The notes: generated by a model from the sequence alone, not told the origin. A stretch of 64,000 nt of DNA from a virus (IMGVR_UViG_3300037781_000006:11107-75106); one strand, 5' to 3'; shown: positions 8,578 to 17,696, counted from the first letter of the stretch. Made by a program: numbers and translations.

Positions 8578-9121
8578 CGGGAAGCCTCCAGTGGAAACCA
8601 TGGATCATGGTCAGTTGATGGTGGAATTCATCGACTTTCCTCTCCAGATCGGTGAGGGTTCCATCGTTCTTGATGCAGAAGTTCCAGAAGGAACTGTCTT
8701 TGGTGATGTCCATGGATCCCGTCTCAGGAGGAAATCCGGGACGTTCAACCCAGACGATGAAGTCGAAGAGATTTGCCTGACGGCAAGCCTCAAGCTCATC
8801 CTGACGACGCATTCCGACGTACATATCCAGCCCACGAGAGAGCATGGTGGCAGCCGTCTTGGTCTTGTCAGGAGTGTTGTAGGCAGAGATCATCTCCATC
8901 CATGTCACTCGATGGTTGTGACGATCTTCGTACATCTCATCGAACGTGTCGTAGCGATCTTTGCCCCACTGCTCCCAGAGGCATTCTTCGGCTACGAACT
9001 GGGAAGATGACTTGAATCTCAAGCCATAGTTGTCTCGGAGCATTTCTGCTACCGAGTCTTTCCCATGTCGTCCGTAGCCGAGAATGAGGAGCTTGGGTCT
9101 GCGCTCCTCATAATCAGCCAT
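8570..9121 (-). CDS. Deoxynucleoside monophosphate kinase-like P-loop protein
   Basis: LILGYGRHGKDSVAE P-loop; next to thyX. Confidence 0.65.
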   Translation of the reverse strand: MADYEERRPKLLILGYGRHGKDSVAEMLRDNYGLRFKSSSQFVAEECLWEQWGKDRYDTFDEMYEDRHNHRVTWMEMISAYNTPDKTKTAATMLSRGLDMYVGMRRQDELEACRQANLFDFIVWVERPGFPPETGSMDITKDSSFWNFCIKNDGTLTDLERKVDEFHHQLTMIHGFHWRLPDE

Positions 9122-9572
9122 TGAGAACACCCATCGCCCGCTTCACAGCGTCGAGGTCGCCTTCGACATTGCGTTTGGCAGAGTACATCTGCTGAAGCAT
9201 GTTGGCTGTTTCAGCATGATCCATCCGTTCTTCCATGAGAGCGGAGGTCAGTTCACCGATGCGAACCTGCTGTTCCATGGTGGTTTCAGCAGCGATCTCC
9301 ATGACGCCAGCGAGGAATTGCCCCATCTGGTTGGTGAAAGCGATGTGCTGGGTGGCTTTGCGATGTCGCTGCTCCGACTTGGCGAGCAGATCTTGCAGAG
9401 CGATCATGGCACGAGGAATGTCGGTGCCTTCGAAGCCCATCTGGTCGATACGTTTGCCCTGCTTGTGAGCACGAGCAACCATCGTCCGGACTTCTTTCAT
9501 CCGACGCTTCTTGAACTCCTTGGTTTCCTCAGTCGGAACCATGGCAGTCACGTTGGTATTGGCTTTGGTCAT
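9114..9572 (-). CDS. Hypothetical coiled-coil protein
   Basis: 152 aa, RBS GGAGG, coupled to the downstream gene. Confidence 0.65.
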   Translation of the reverse strand: MTKANTNVTAMVPTEETKEFKKRRMKEVRTMVARAHKQGKRIDQMGFEGTDIPRAMIALQDLLAKSEQRHRKATQHIAFTNQMGQFLAGVMEIAAETTMEQQVRIGELTSALMEERMDHAETANMLQQMYSAKRNVEGDLDAVKRAMGVLNG

Positions 9573-9602
9573 GGGATCCTCCTAGAACCAGTTGTAGCCG
9601 AG

Positions 9603-9752
9603 TCATGTGGCCCAGCCGTGAACTACGGCCACAGGGCCGAGAAGTGCTCCAACGATCATGAACACCCATTCCTGTGCTTGGATTGACACAACAAGATGGG
9701 TGATCCAGCCAGCGAAGGCTGCCAGACCGATGAAGGTGAACAGTACACGCAT
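9603..9752 (-). CDS. Small two-TM membrane protein (49 aa), possibly truncated by a TGA
   Basis: Not in ORF track; AAGGAG RBS; MRVLFTFIGLAAFAGWITHLVVSIQAQEWVFMIVGALLGPVAVVHGWAT*LGYNWF*. Confidence 0.65.
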   Translation of the reverse strand: MRVLFTFIGLAAFAGWITHLVVSIQAQEWVFMIVGALLGPVAVVHGWAT

Positions 9753-9770
9753 GATGTTCTCCTTGGTTGA

Positions 9771-10259
9771 TTATTGCAGTTTTGCCTCTTGTGGCTTGTC
9801 TGCTTGGTTCTGGTACTTCCCGTCGTACTGAGCGAGGTCAGTCGTCACATGGAAGACCACTTGAGCGATGCCAACTCCAGCAGGGATCTCAAGGAGACCC
9901 TGACCTTTGAAGGCAAGCTCCAGAGTCAGGAACCCATGCCAACCCGGTTCGATGACCGTGTTGAACACTGAGAGTCCCTGTCTTGCCCACGTAGATTTGT
10001 CATGGACAATGCCGACAAGATTGGTGGGCATCTGGAACCGTTCGATGGCAGAAGCCAAGCAAAAGGTGCCAGAACTGAGGACATCTTCGACCCAGACCAA
10101 ATTTCGGCCTTGGCGATTGTCGAAGATGATCTTCTGCTTGATGCGGATGTCGTATCCAGCTTCGGACATCCCATAGCTGTACCCAGCAAAAGTCTCTTTT
10201 GATGGGCACATATCTGCGATGGGGGAGAGCTTGAGAAGACTGTTTCTGTTGGCGATCAT
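9771..10259 (-). CDS. dcd: dCTP deaminase
   Basis: AGYDIR, VHDKSTWARQGL, VIEPGWHGFLTLEL, YDGKYQNQ motifs. Confidence 0.88.
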   Translation of the reverse strand: MIANRNSLLKLSPIADMCPSKETFAGYSYGMSEAGYDIRIKQKIIFDNRQGRNLVWVEDVLSSGTFCLASAIERFQMPTNLVGIVHDKSTWARQGLSVFNTVIEPGWHGFLTLELAFKGQGLLEIPAGVGIAQVVFHVTTDLAQYDGKYQNQADKPQEAKLQ

Positions 10260-10711
10260 TTGGCCCTCCAGTTTCTGATGCGGTGGCCAATGAGTCCCCA
10301 CCACCATGCTTTGAGCAGACGATGGGGATAGATCACCTTGGTTACGCTTTCGACGTAATAGTCCACGTCGTCGTCAGTGGTCCAACCATCACCACGGGTG
10401 AAGTGAGCAGTGATTCCTTGGACTTCGTAGGTCATCCCGATGTGGAGCTTGCCCACATCGAGAATGCCTTCGTTGACTGCGTACTCGATGCCCAGAGTTT
10501 CATCGAGACCACCGACACAACCAGAATAGTCATCCCAGTCGATCTCGTAGGGACAGTAGGTGCTGGTCGGATCATATGATACGACATGGAAGGTCAGATG
10601 ACCTTCTCCAGCCCAGTAGTCTCGCTCTTCTTCTTCGGTGGGTCGATACAGATCGTCTTCCTCTGCTTCGATGAGGTGTTTGACGAATCCGTCACCTGCT
10701 GCTTCGGTCAT
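10256..10711 (-). CDS. Hypothetical acidic protein (151 aa)
   Basis: Start reassigned to MTEAAG (GGAG RBS), right after the vWA stop. Confidence 0.65.
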   Translation of the reverse strand: MTEAAGDGFVKHLIEAEEDDLYRPTEEEERDYWAGEGHLTFHVVSYDPTSTYCPYEIDWDDYSGCVGGLDETLGIEYAVNEGILDVGKLHIGMTYEVQGITAHFTRGDGWTTDDDVDYYVESVTKVIYPHRLLKAWWWGLIGHRIRNWRAK

Positions 10712-10712
10712 G

Positions 10713-12029
10713 TTATTTCTCCGGGATGAGGTAGACCTCACCGTATGTGACTGCATCGAGGTATCCATCGTAGACGTTCTCATCAGGAACGAACCAGATG
10801 GTCTCCCAGTCAGGTTTGGGGGGAATTGATACACACAGATCGGTGAAGATGACAAGAGCTTCAGGATTGATCTCTGCCACACGCTTGTAAACTGGGTGCA
10901 GAGACGTACCACCACCAGACATCACATGGATGTTGTCGAGAGTCTCATCCTCACGGAAGACTTTCTCGAATTGGATCTGGGTGTCCCACAAGATGACAGT
11001 CATCAGAGTGGGATTCAGCTTCTCTTTCAGTGTCTTAGCGGAAGCCAAGAACTGACGCTTCTGTGTGCTCGTGATGGAACCAGACACATCCAGTGCGTAA
11101 ACCAGATGAGTCAGACGGTTCTTCCGGCCACGCTTCGGGTACTTACCCTTGAGCCGAAGTTCACCTTTCCGTTCACGACGAGAGGGACGCATGAAGGTAC
11201 GTTTCCCACCACTCAGAGGATCGGTGAGGTAGTCTTCGAAGATCTCCTCGTAGCTGGCCTTCTTGATCCAGACAGTTTTCCCTTCGGTTCTCAGGATCTC
11301 CTGAGTTCCTCCGGGCTGATCACCAGCCAGCTTGCCATTCTTGACAGCTTCTTGGCGTTCTTGCTCGTTCTCTTGGATCTGCTGCTGAAGGTCTTTGCCA
11401 GTCCCTTCAAGGGCTTGCTTGACCAGATCTTCGATCTGATCGGTGCTGGGAGCACCACTGGAACCATGGGAATTGGGATCCTTCTTCCGTTCTTTGTGGA
11501 CGATGGCGTAGATGGCATCGGTCCCCATTCCACGGAAGCGTTCGTCGATCTGCATACCCTTGCCACCGAAGTCAGTGGGAGCACCACCCCTTAGAGTGGT
11601 AACAAACCCATCTTCATCACAGGTCAGGTTGATCACATGATCACCTGCGATGTTGTAGGATTCAGGATCTTTCTCCTTGCCTCGTTCGAGGTGGTTCAGG
11701 ATCAGGTGCCAGATCTCATGTGCGATCACGGTCTTCCGTTCTTCATGGGCCAGTTGGTCCCACCACTGAGGGTTGAAGAAGATGAAGCCGTGACCAGCAC
11801 AGGCTGTCGGTATTGCAGAGACCCAGTAGAAGGAGATGTCGAACACGTAACGACTCATGCCTTTGAAGCGTTTGTCTGTGATCAACATCTCCTCCACATA
11901 GCTCCTCAATGTGTCGTCAGCACTGAGAAGATCACCGCCAGAGGCCGTCGAGGTCATCCCCGTCGAGATCTGGGTCATGTCCGGTTGGTTGGACGTATTT
12001 CCCCCAACCTGATTCGACGTGGTTTCCAT
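10713..12029 (-). CDS. DUF2201-type metallopeptidase-vWA protein (N4 gp25-like)
   Basis: AHEIWH HExxH; MIDAS DVSGS; GGGTS; downstream of the MoxR-type ATPase. Confidence 0.85.
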   Translation of the reverse strand: METTSNQVGGNTSNQPDMTQISTGMTSTASGGDLLSADDTLRSYVEEMLITDKRFKGMSRYVFDISFYWVSAIPTACAGHGFIFFNPQWWDQLAHEERKTVIAHEIWHLILNHLERGKEKDPESYNIAGDHVINLTCDEDGFVTTLRGGAPTDFGGKGMQIDERFRGMGTDAIYAIVHKERKKDPNSHGSSGAPSTDQIEDLVKQALEGTGKDLQQQIQENEQERQEAVKNGKLAGDQPGGTQEILRTEGKTVWIKKASYEEIFEDYLTDPLSGGKRTFMRPSRRERKGELRLKGKYPKRGRKNRLTHLVYALDVSGSITSTQKRQFLASAKTLKEKLNPTLMTVILWDTQIQFEKVFREDETLDNIHVMSGGGTSLHPVYKRVAEINPEALVIFTDLCVSIPPKPDWETIWFVPDENVYDGYLDAVTYGEVYLIPEK

Positions 12030-12091
12030 AGGATTTTCCTTTTCCAGTCAATGGGTTGCCCTTCTTCTTCCAGCGGTCTTTCGACTGCTTG

Positions 12092-13273
12092 TCAAAAGGG
12101 ATTACTCCCGGAGGAGTCACCTCCTTTCGGAGCACTCCCGAGAAGAGGGTCGATGTTCAGACGTTCGGAGACATCCTGAACGAGACGTTTGTCGCTCGGA
12201 GTCTCTCCGGTCTTGCTCTTGATCTCACTCAGGAACAGTTCGCTGTACTCGCCACCGACACGGTTGACGTAGATCAGGCAGTTGTCACGGGTCTGGTTGT
12301 CAGACTCCATGAAATACTTGGCCAGATCGGTCATGAGACGTGCCTTTTGCACACCACCACCGGGGATCCGAGTCGATGCAGGACTCTGAGCGATCTCCCA
12401 CGGGTAGGGCAGTTGGATGTTCTCGTCGTACTCTTCCTTGAAGGAACGAGCAGCCATGGTGCCCACAGCAGCGGACATGAGGTTGAAGCACATGGCACTG
12501 ATGGGCTGACCAGTCGTGACCATCTGACCAGTCGGAACACCAGCGTTGTCCACGCCTTCTTCTTCCTTCATGGTTTCACGCTCGTGCATGTTGACGTGAG
12601 CGAACACCTTCTCCCAACCACGAGGGGTCGGATAGGTCTCCAGTTCCTCACGTTCCTTGGCCTTGGTCGGAGCGTAGAGCATCTTCGCGTTCTTCGTGAT
12701 GAAGTCCACGACTGCATCATTCCGCTTCGGATGTTGCTTGGCCCAGCGGATCCAGTCCTTGGAAGAGACTTTCATCTCGCAGGGCAGCATCCGGGTGATC
12801 AGGGTGTCAGGCAGTTCCCGAGCGATGGCAGAGTCACTGGCACGGTTGCCAGCAGCCACGACCACACACTTCGGATGGAGCTTCTTGCCACCAACCATGC
12901 GATCAAGGATGATCGAGTAGGCAGCAGCGAGCACCTCTTCGGTGGCACTGGAGAGTTCGTCGAGGAACAGCAGCCAGCCGGAGTATCCATCAGGGATGGG
13001 ATCTCCTTCGAGGGGGAAAGTGTCGAACGGGAGATAGTAGGCTTTGCCACGCTTATCATCACGTTCGGGCAGGCCGGTCATGTCCTCACTGAGCATCTGG
13101 CTCAGACGAAGGTCGATCATCAGAGCATTGGCATCTTCTGCCACCTGATGAATGACTTGGGACTTCCCGATTGCAGGAGGACCAGCCACATACGGAACCT
13201 GACGACAGGCGAGAGCAGCGGTCACGAATTCGTAGGTCTCCGCTGGAGACAGTTGCATAATTGACGACGACAT
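12092..13273 (-). CDS. MoxR-type AAA+ ATPase (N4 gp24-like)
   Basis: Walker A GPPAIGKS, Walker B LFLDE, AAGNR, PTPRGW. Confidence 0.88.
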   Translation of the reverse strand: MSSSIMQLSPAETYEFVTAALACRQVPYVAGPPAIGKSQVIHQVAEDANALMIDLRLSQMLSEDMTGLPERDDKRGKAYYLPFDTFPLEGDPIPDGYSGWLLFLDELSSATEEVLAAAYSIILDRMVGGKKLHPKCVVVAAGNRASDSAIARELPDTLITRMLPCEMKVSSKDWIRWAKQHPKRNDAVVDFITKNAKMLYAPTKAKEREELETYPTPRGWEKVFAHVNMHERETMKEEEGVDNAGVPTGQMVTTGQPISAMCFNLMSAAVGTMAARSFKEEYDENIQLPYPWEIAQSPASTRIPGGGVQKARLMTDLAKYFMESDNQTRDNCLIYVNRVGGEYSELFLSEIKSKTGETPSDKRLVQDVSERLNIDPLLGSAPKGGDSSGSNPF

Positions 13274-13315
13274 TTGGGTTTCCTCTTGGTTGAATACAAA
13301 ACCAAAGAGAAAGAG

Positions 13316-13516
13316 TCAGGGAAGTGGCTTGATCTTGTATCCGTAGACTTGATCCATATCCTTGGCCATGACAGCCACAGTCATCCGATGGTTGGGGTTC
13401 ATAGACGATCCCATGAACATGAGGTCAGGTCTGTCTTCCACCAGTTCAGGTGAGTGAAAAACAGTCCTTGTCTCCTCTTGGAAGTAGTAGTAGGTCTCTG
13501 TCTGCGGCTTGGTCAT
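13316..13516 (-). CDS. Hypothetical protein (66 aa)
   Basis: RBS GAGGAG before ATG 13516. Confidence 0.65.
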   Translation of the reverse strand: MTKPQTETYYYFQEETRTVFHSPELVEDRPDLMFMGSSMNPNHRMTVAVMAKDMDQVYGYKIKPLP

Positions 13517-13538
13517 GACGCTCTCCTCTTGGTTGGTC

Positions 13539-13575
13539 AAAAAAGATTCCCCTCTCCATAGCTGGAGAGGGGTTT
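13539..13575 (-). terminator. Rho-independent terminator after RNAP2
   Basis: CCCCTCTCCA-GCTA-TGGAGAGGGG followed by AATCTTTTTT on the minus strand. Confidence 0.75.
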
Positions 13576-13587
13576 CTTGTCACTGTA

Positions 13588-14784
13588 TCAGGACAGCGTG
13601 TAGTTCGCGTTGAGGATGACATCCCGAGGGATAACACCCACTTTGCGTGCCTTGATGTCCTGCTCTGCCACCTGAGATGCGATGAACTTCAGGATGGTGC
13701 TTTCACACAGGTCAGCAAGGATGGTGTTGTACTGCCGACGCAGATCGTCACCGTAGTTCGGATGGCAGCGGAAGCAGTCATGCACACAGACCAGTTCGAA
13801 ACTCTGGTTCGGCAGAGACTGGATGAGCTTGGCAATCACGAGAGGATCGACAAGTCCGATGGTATCTTCGAACAGGTAGTCGAGGATCCTCACACTCAGG
13901 AAGCCACACTCTTCGTAGTGGCTCCAGAGAGTCTGAACCATGTCAGCAGACTTGCCATCCGTACCATTGGCACCTTCGATGATCAGGTTCGCCACTCGTG
14001 CAGTCACACGCTGGTCGAACTGACAACGACGGTACATCTCACGGACGATCATGCCATCGACACTGTGGATCAGGTTCGGACCCAGACCCTTGTGGAACCG
14101 AGGACGTTCATTCACCTTCTGAACCACTTGGAACTCTTGATCCAAGAAGTGGAAGGGGATGATCTCCTTGTCGTGCGTCTCGATGCACGCATAGAAGTTG
14201 TCCGGAAGGATCCAGTCGTAGGTCGTACCGTCGATCTCGTCCCACAGTTCCTGAATGCCAAGATTCAGATCCCATGCTCCGGGTGCCAGCATCTCCATGG
14301 TTTCGTAGAACACGTCCACATCTTCACCGAAGACGGCTTTGGGTGTGGCAGTGGAACCATAGAGAGCAGTCATGATCGACTGCTTCACATCCTTCCGGTC
14401 GATGTTCAGACCAGTGTGCATGTGCTGGAAGATCTCTGCATAGGCGTCGAGGATGTTCTCGTCACCACCGCACAGCTTCCAGCTTGTCGGGCAGGAAACC
14501 AGCAGAGACAGCAGTTGCAGTCCCGACGATGCAGCGTCGAGGCTGATCATGTAGCCACTGGGTCGTCCCATCATGGCATCTTCCATGGCCAGATAGGCTG
14601 CACGCAGTCCCACAGGGTTGGATGCTTCCTTGAAGGTCTGCTTGTCTTGGAAGTCGATTTCCGCGAAATGTGCGAGCCGTTCGTCCCAGCCTTTCTTCTC
14701 ATAGGCTTTGTCGTGTTTGCACGCGATGTCAGCCATGAGGTATTCCTTGCCGGTCAGCGAGCGAAACTCTTGGACCTTCAGCAT
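13588..14784 (-). CDS. RNA polymerase II subunit RNAP2 (N4 gp16-like)
   Basis: T7-type motif A LDAASSGLQ, motif B RKDVKQSIMTALYG, motif C VHDCF; AAGGAG RBS before ATG 14784. Confidence 0.92.
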   Translation of the reverse strand: MLKVQEFRSLTGKEYLMADIACKHDKAYEKKGWDERLAHFAEIDFQDKQTFKEASNPVGLRAAYLAMEDAMMGRPSGYMISLDAASSGLQLLSLLVSCPTSWKLCGGDENILDAYAEIFQHMHTGLNIDRKDVKQSIMTALYGSTATPKAVFGEDVDVFYETMEMLAPGAWDLNLGIQELWDEIDGTTYDWILPDNFYACIETHDKEIIPFHFLDQEFQVVQKVNERPRFHKGLGPNLIHSVDGMIVREMYRRCQFDQRVTARVANLIIEGANGTDGKSADMVQTLWSHYEECGFLSVRILDYLFEDTIGLVDPLVIAKLIQSLPNQSFELVCVHDCFRCHPNYGDDLRRQYNTILADLCESTILKFIASQVAEQDIKARKVGVIPRDVILNANYTLS

Positions 14785-14990
14785 GATACTTCTCCTTCGG
14801 TTGCTTGAATGTGTTCTTGGACAGTGAGTGGAGCGATGACGCCGCATCTCCACCAGACGTTGAGCCAGTAGCCTTGATCGTCTTTGTGGATTTCAGCTTT
14901 GGTGGCGTACTCAGGTACGATCAGAAGTCTTGCGGCGTTGGCTTCTGCCCACCACAGGAAGGTTTCCCTGTTGTCTGATGGTCTTGGCAT
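14778..14990 (-). CDS. Hypothetical protein (70 aa)
   Basis: AAGGAG RBS before MPRPSD. Confidence 0.5.
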   Translation of the reverse strand: MPRPSDNRETFLWWAEANAARLLIVPEYATKAEIHKDDQGYWLNVWWRCGVIAPLTVQEHIQATEGEVSC

Positions 14991-15273
14991 AACGAGGGTT
15001 GCTCCTTCGTTTGTGAAGCTCACGTTCGATCAGACGCACCTGTTCGTTCCAGATGAGAGATTTCATCAGGTACTCTTCTTTGAGGATGGTTGATCGGAGA
15101 TTCTTGAGCTTCTTGGTTGTAGCCTTTGTGATGGGATGCGGTTTCGCATCACCATCAAGAAAGCAGTTGTTCGCCAAGGCTTCTGCGAACGCTTTGTATT
15201 CTGGGATGGTCAGGCACAGATAGTGCCTGTCCTCCAGAGCAGAGGTTGGAGCGTCAGTCACGGATCCAGCCAC
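14911..15273 (-). CDS. Hypothetical protein (120 aa, GTG start)
   Basis: Fills a coding gap; overlaps the next gene by 80 nt. Confidence 0.45.
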   Translation of the reverse strand: MAGSVTDAPTSALEDRHYLCLTIPEYKAFAEALANNCFLDGDAKPHPITKATTKKLKNLRSTILKEEYLMKSLIWNEQVRLIERELHKRRSNPRYAKTIRQQGNLPVVGRSQRRKTSDRT

Positions 15274-15503
15274 GTCTCATTCACTTCGTCATAGGTCGTG
15301 CAGACACGATCAATCTGAAGGTCTGTGGTCTGGTTCAGGATGAGTGCTGCACATTCCGCACGACACTCAGCACTGTTGACGAACTCTTCGGGATCCATGT
15401 CAGCAGGGATCTCGAACTCGAAGAACTGCATGGTGTCAACGACAACCAGCTTTCTGCCTTGCTTTTCGTCTTTGCAACGCTCGATGTCTTCACCCGTGAT
15501 CAT
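15258..15503 (-). CDS. Hypothetical acidic protein (81 aa)
   Basis: GAGGAG RBS before MITGED. Confidence 0.65.
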   Translation of the reverse strand: MITGEDIERCKDEKQGRKLVVVDTMQFFEFEIPADMDPEEFVNSAECRAECAALILNQTTDLQIDRVCTTYDEVNETWLDP

Positions 15504-15612
15504 TGGGAATTTCTCCTCTGAATTGAGCACCCAGAATGAGAACTTTCTGGGCGAAATGGTTGGCTGCCATTGGATCCACTTTGTCGGTGTAGACCAAGAG
15601 CATCTTGTTCAT
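15490..15612 (-). CDS. Small hypothetical protein (40 aa)
   Basis: Manual translation MNKMLLVYTDKVDPMAANHFAQKVLILGAQFRGEIPNDHG; fills the gap between neighbours. Confidence 0.4.
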   Translation of the reverse strand: MNKMLLVYTDKVDPMAANHFAQKVLILGAQFRGEIPNDHG

Positions 15613-15617
15613 GAAGA

Positions 15618-15887
15618 TCATTTGTATGCCCTCTGAACTGGTGTGATGAACTTCGCGTTCTCTGCGATGTCCCAGATCTTCAGGAGATCGTCATAAGGAA
15701 CGACAACATGGTCTTTGACAGGCAGACCTCTTCCGAGTTCTGCTTTCTTCATGTTCTCGTTGGCGATTCGCATGATGGCATTCATGCGAGTGTCGAATGC
15801 TGCTTGGTCTTCACGCTGATAGCGTTCGAACTGAGCACGACGACGTTGCTCTTTCTTCGAAATGAAGAGTTTCATGAATCCGTTCAT
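15618..15887 (-). CDS. Hypothetical protein (89 aa)
   Basis: ATGA coupling with the upstream gene; GGAGGA RBS. Confidence 0.65.
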   Translation of the reverse strand: MNGFMKLFISKKEQRRRAQFERYQREDQAAFDTRMNAIMRIANENMKKAELGRGLPVKDHVVVPYDDLLKIWDIAENAKFITPVQRAYK

Positions 15888-16066
15888 TTGGAATCATCCT
15901 CCATGATGCTGTCACCGACGTAGAAAAGCATGAAGAGCCAGATCAGTTCATAGATTGCCTGACTGTAGTCTCCTGATTCTTTGGCAAGTCCTTCAGCATG
16001 GACCACCATGAAGAACTGATAGATGACACAGGCGATGAGAATGATGACTTTGATGAAAGTCCACAT
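15884..16066 (-). CDS. Two-TM membrane protein (60 aa)
   Basis: Two hydrophobic segments; GAGG RBS. Confidence 0.65.
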   Translation of the reverse strand: MWTFIKVIILIACVIYQFFMVVHAEGLAKESGDYSQAIYELIWLFMLFYVGDSIMEDDSK

Positions 16067-16069
16067 GGT

Positions 16070-16174
16070 TCAGTACCTCACTGTCGAGATGCGGATGTAG
16101 TGGGATTTCATGTGGTCGCTTCCGAGGACTTTTTCCCAGAAGTCGTACCAGAGAGCACTCAGAGGGATTTTCAT
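16070..16174 (-). CDS. Small hypothetical protein (34 aa)
   Basis: Manual translation MKIPLSALWYDFWEKVLGSDHMKSHYIRISTVRY; ATGA overlap with the upstream gene. Confidence 0.45.
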   Translation of the reverse strand: MKIPLSALWYDFWEKVLGSDHMKSHYIRISTVRY

Positions 16175-16404
16175 GACAGGGTATCCTTTCCTTGTCCCAT
16201 TGCTGCGAGGATGTCGGTGAGATCCTTCTTGTAGAACTTCATCCGTGTCATCAGACGTTGCTGGATGTCATGGAGACGATCCATCTCAGCAACGATGTCG
16301 TCAGCACTGAGGATCATGTCGTTCTGGAAGAGATCTCCCAGAGAGTCATCAATGGAGCGTGCCTTGAAGAAGGCATACTGCCTTTGTTCAGGAGTCAGTT
16401 TCAT
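16171..16404 (-). CDS. Hypothetical protein (77 aa)
   Basis: AAGGA RBS; in-line gene. Confidence 0.65.
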   Translation of the reverse strand: MKLTPEQRQYAFFKARSIDDSLGDLFQNDMILSADDIVAEMDRLHDIQQRLMTRMKFYKKDLTDILAAMGQGKDTLS

Positions 16405-16407
16405 GGT

Positions 16408-16737
16408 TCAGTCCTTTTCGGTGAAGATGGTTTTCGCACGAGTGCGATTCTGGTTGGAACGAAGGTCTTCCACTTCTTCGGTGAGTTTGGCCACCTGACG
16501 CTGGAGTTCTTGGAACTCAGGACAGTCAGTGATGAGAGTCTCCACCTGTTTGGGTGGTTGTCTCTCACCGTTGACGAAATGGATCCACTCCTGTTCGAAG
16601 AAGTCTTTTGCCTCCTTCAGACCAAGACCTGTCATCGCACGGATGTGCTTGATGCAGTTGATCTTGCTCTTGTTGACGAACTCCACATCCATAAGTTCGC
16701 GGAGATCTTCGACAGGGAAGAACACACGTTCGGTCAT
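16408..16737 (-). CDS. Ribosomal protein bL12 (L7/L12) C-terminal-domain-like protein with coiled-coil tail
   Basis: SKINCIKHIRAMTGLGLKEAKDFFE matches the bL12 CTD motif K..VIK.VR..TGLGLKEAK..VE. Confidence 0.8.
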   Translation of the reverse strand: MTERVFFPVEDLRELMDVEFVNKSKINCIKHIRAMTGLGLKEAKDFFEQEWIHFVNGERQPPKQVETLITDCPEFQELQRQVAKLTEEVEDLRSNQNRTRAKTIFTEKD

Positions 16738-16904
16738 TTCAGCACCAAATCAGCCGACGAGCGGCTGCCTCTTCTTGACGTGCAACATATCCTCCATCGA
16801 AGGGCTTACCTTGACGAAAGTCTCCGTTTGGGTCATCTCCTGTGAACATATACAGAAATCGACCAAGCATGGCTCCTTCAGCCACACGACGTTGGTACAA
16901 TGGC

Positions 16905-17696
16905 CTAACCATTGATCAGTTCCTTCTTGCTGAGTTCGAGCACTGCCTTGTTGTAGTCAGTGCCTTGGCTGTTGACGTGATAGCCGACGCAGTAGGTGCG
17001 ACCACGACGGTCATACTTGTGGGTCAGCCAGAACTCGTTTCCGAGAGTGAGCAGACCCTGCATGACATTCATGGAATTCTCGTAGAAGACTTTCGCCTGC
17101 TTCTGACGCTTCTGGAAGTCTTCGAACGGTTCACCCACCTTTCTCTTGGGAAGGATCATGTGACCTTCTTCAGAGGCGATGACGTTCATGTTGAGGGTGA
17201 GACCGACGCTGTTGGCTCGGTTGATGTGGTCGAGACACACGTCTTCTTCGTCGAAGACATCAGATCCGTTGAGGATGATTCTCCCACGACGGTCGATGTA
17301 GCCACTGCCCATGTGGTTGTTCTCCACCTTGCGAGGAGGAACGATCATTGGCAGAGGGAACTGGTAGTTGGCCAGTTGCTCTTCGACATCAGCAGTGATC
17401 TCGTACTTCAACACGAACTTCATGGATTCCATGTCGAAGTCGATGAGGTCATCCTCCACCACTTCCTTGAGCATCTCAGCCACTTCCTGTGGTGTTCCCC
17501 ACTTCGGGCTGAACAGTCCCACCATGGTCGGAACATCAGCCTGCTTGTGCAGGTAGATCTGCACCACACAGTCGAGCTTGAACGGGTCATCGGTCAGTGG
17601 CTCGAACTGTTCACGCAGCACATCGAGAAGCTGATTGCGGTGGAAAAGCTCCTCAAGGTTACGCTGGGTTTCGACCATGTTTTTGTCCATTTCCAT
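16905..17696 (-). CDS. RNA polymerase II subunit RNAP1 (N4 gp15-like)
   Basis: QFPLPMIVPP, HKYDRRGRTYCVGYHVNSQGTDYNKA (DxRGRxY); AGGAG RBS before ATG 17696. Confidence 0.9.
   Translation of the reverse strand: MEMDKNMVETQRNLEELFHRNQLLDVLREQFEPLTDDPFKLDCVVQIYLHKQADVPTMVGLFSPKWGTPQEVAEMLKEVVEDDLIDFDMESMKFVLKYEITADVEEQLANYQFPLPMIVPPRKVENNHMGSGYIDRRGRIILNGSDVFDEEDVCLDHINRANSVGLTLNMNVIASEEGHMILPKRKVGEPFEDFQKRQKQAKVFYENSMNVMQGLLTLGNEFWLTHKYDRRGRTYCVGYHVNSQGTDYNKAVLELSKKELING

Noticed and set aside
15007-15009. CGA codon just before the AGGAG RBS that could be a lost TGA, which would explain the 80-nt overlap
   Set aside because: Purely speculative without homologues
16739-16849. Possible 36-aa or 28-aa ORF between RNAP1 and the bL12-like gene
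   Set aside because: Two alternative frames with poorly spaced RBS; cannot choose between them
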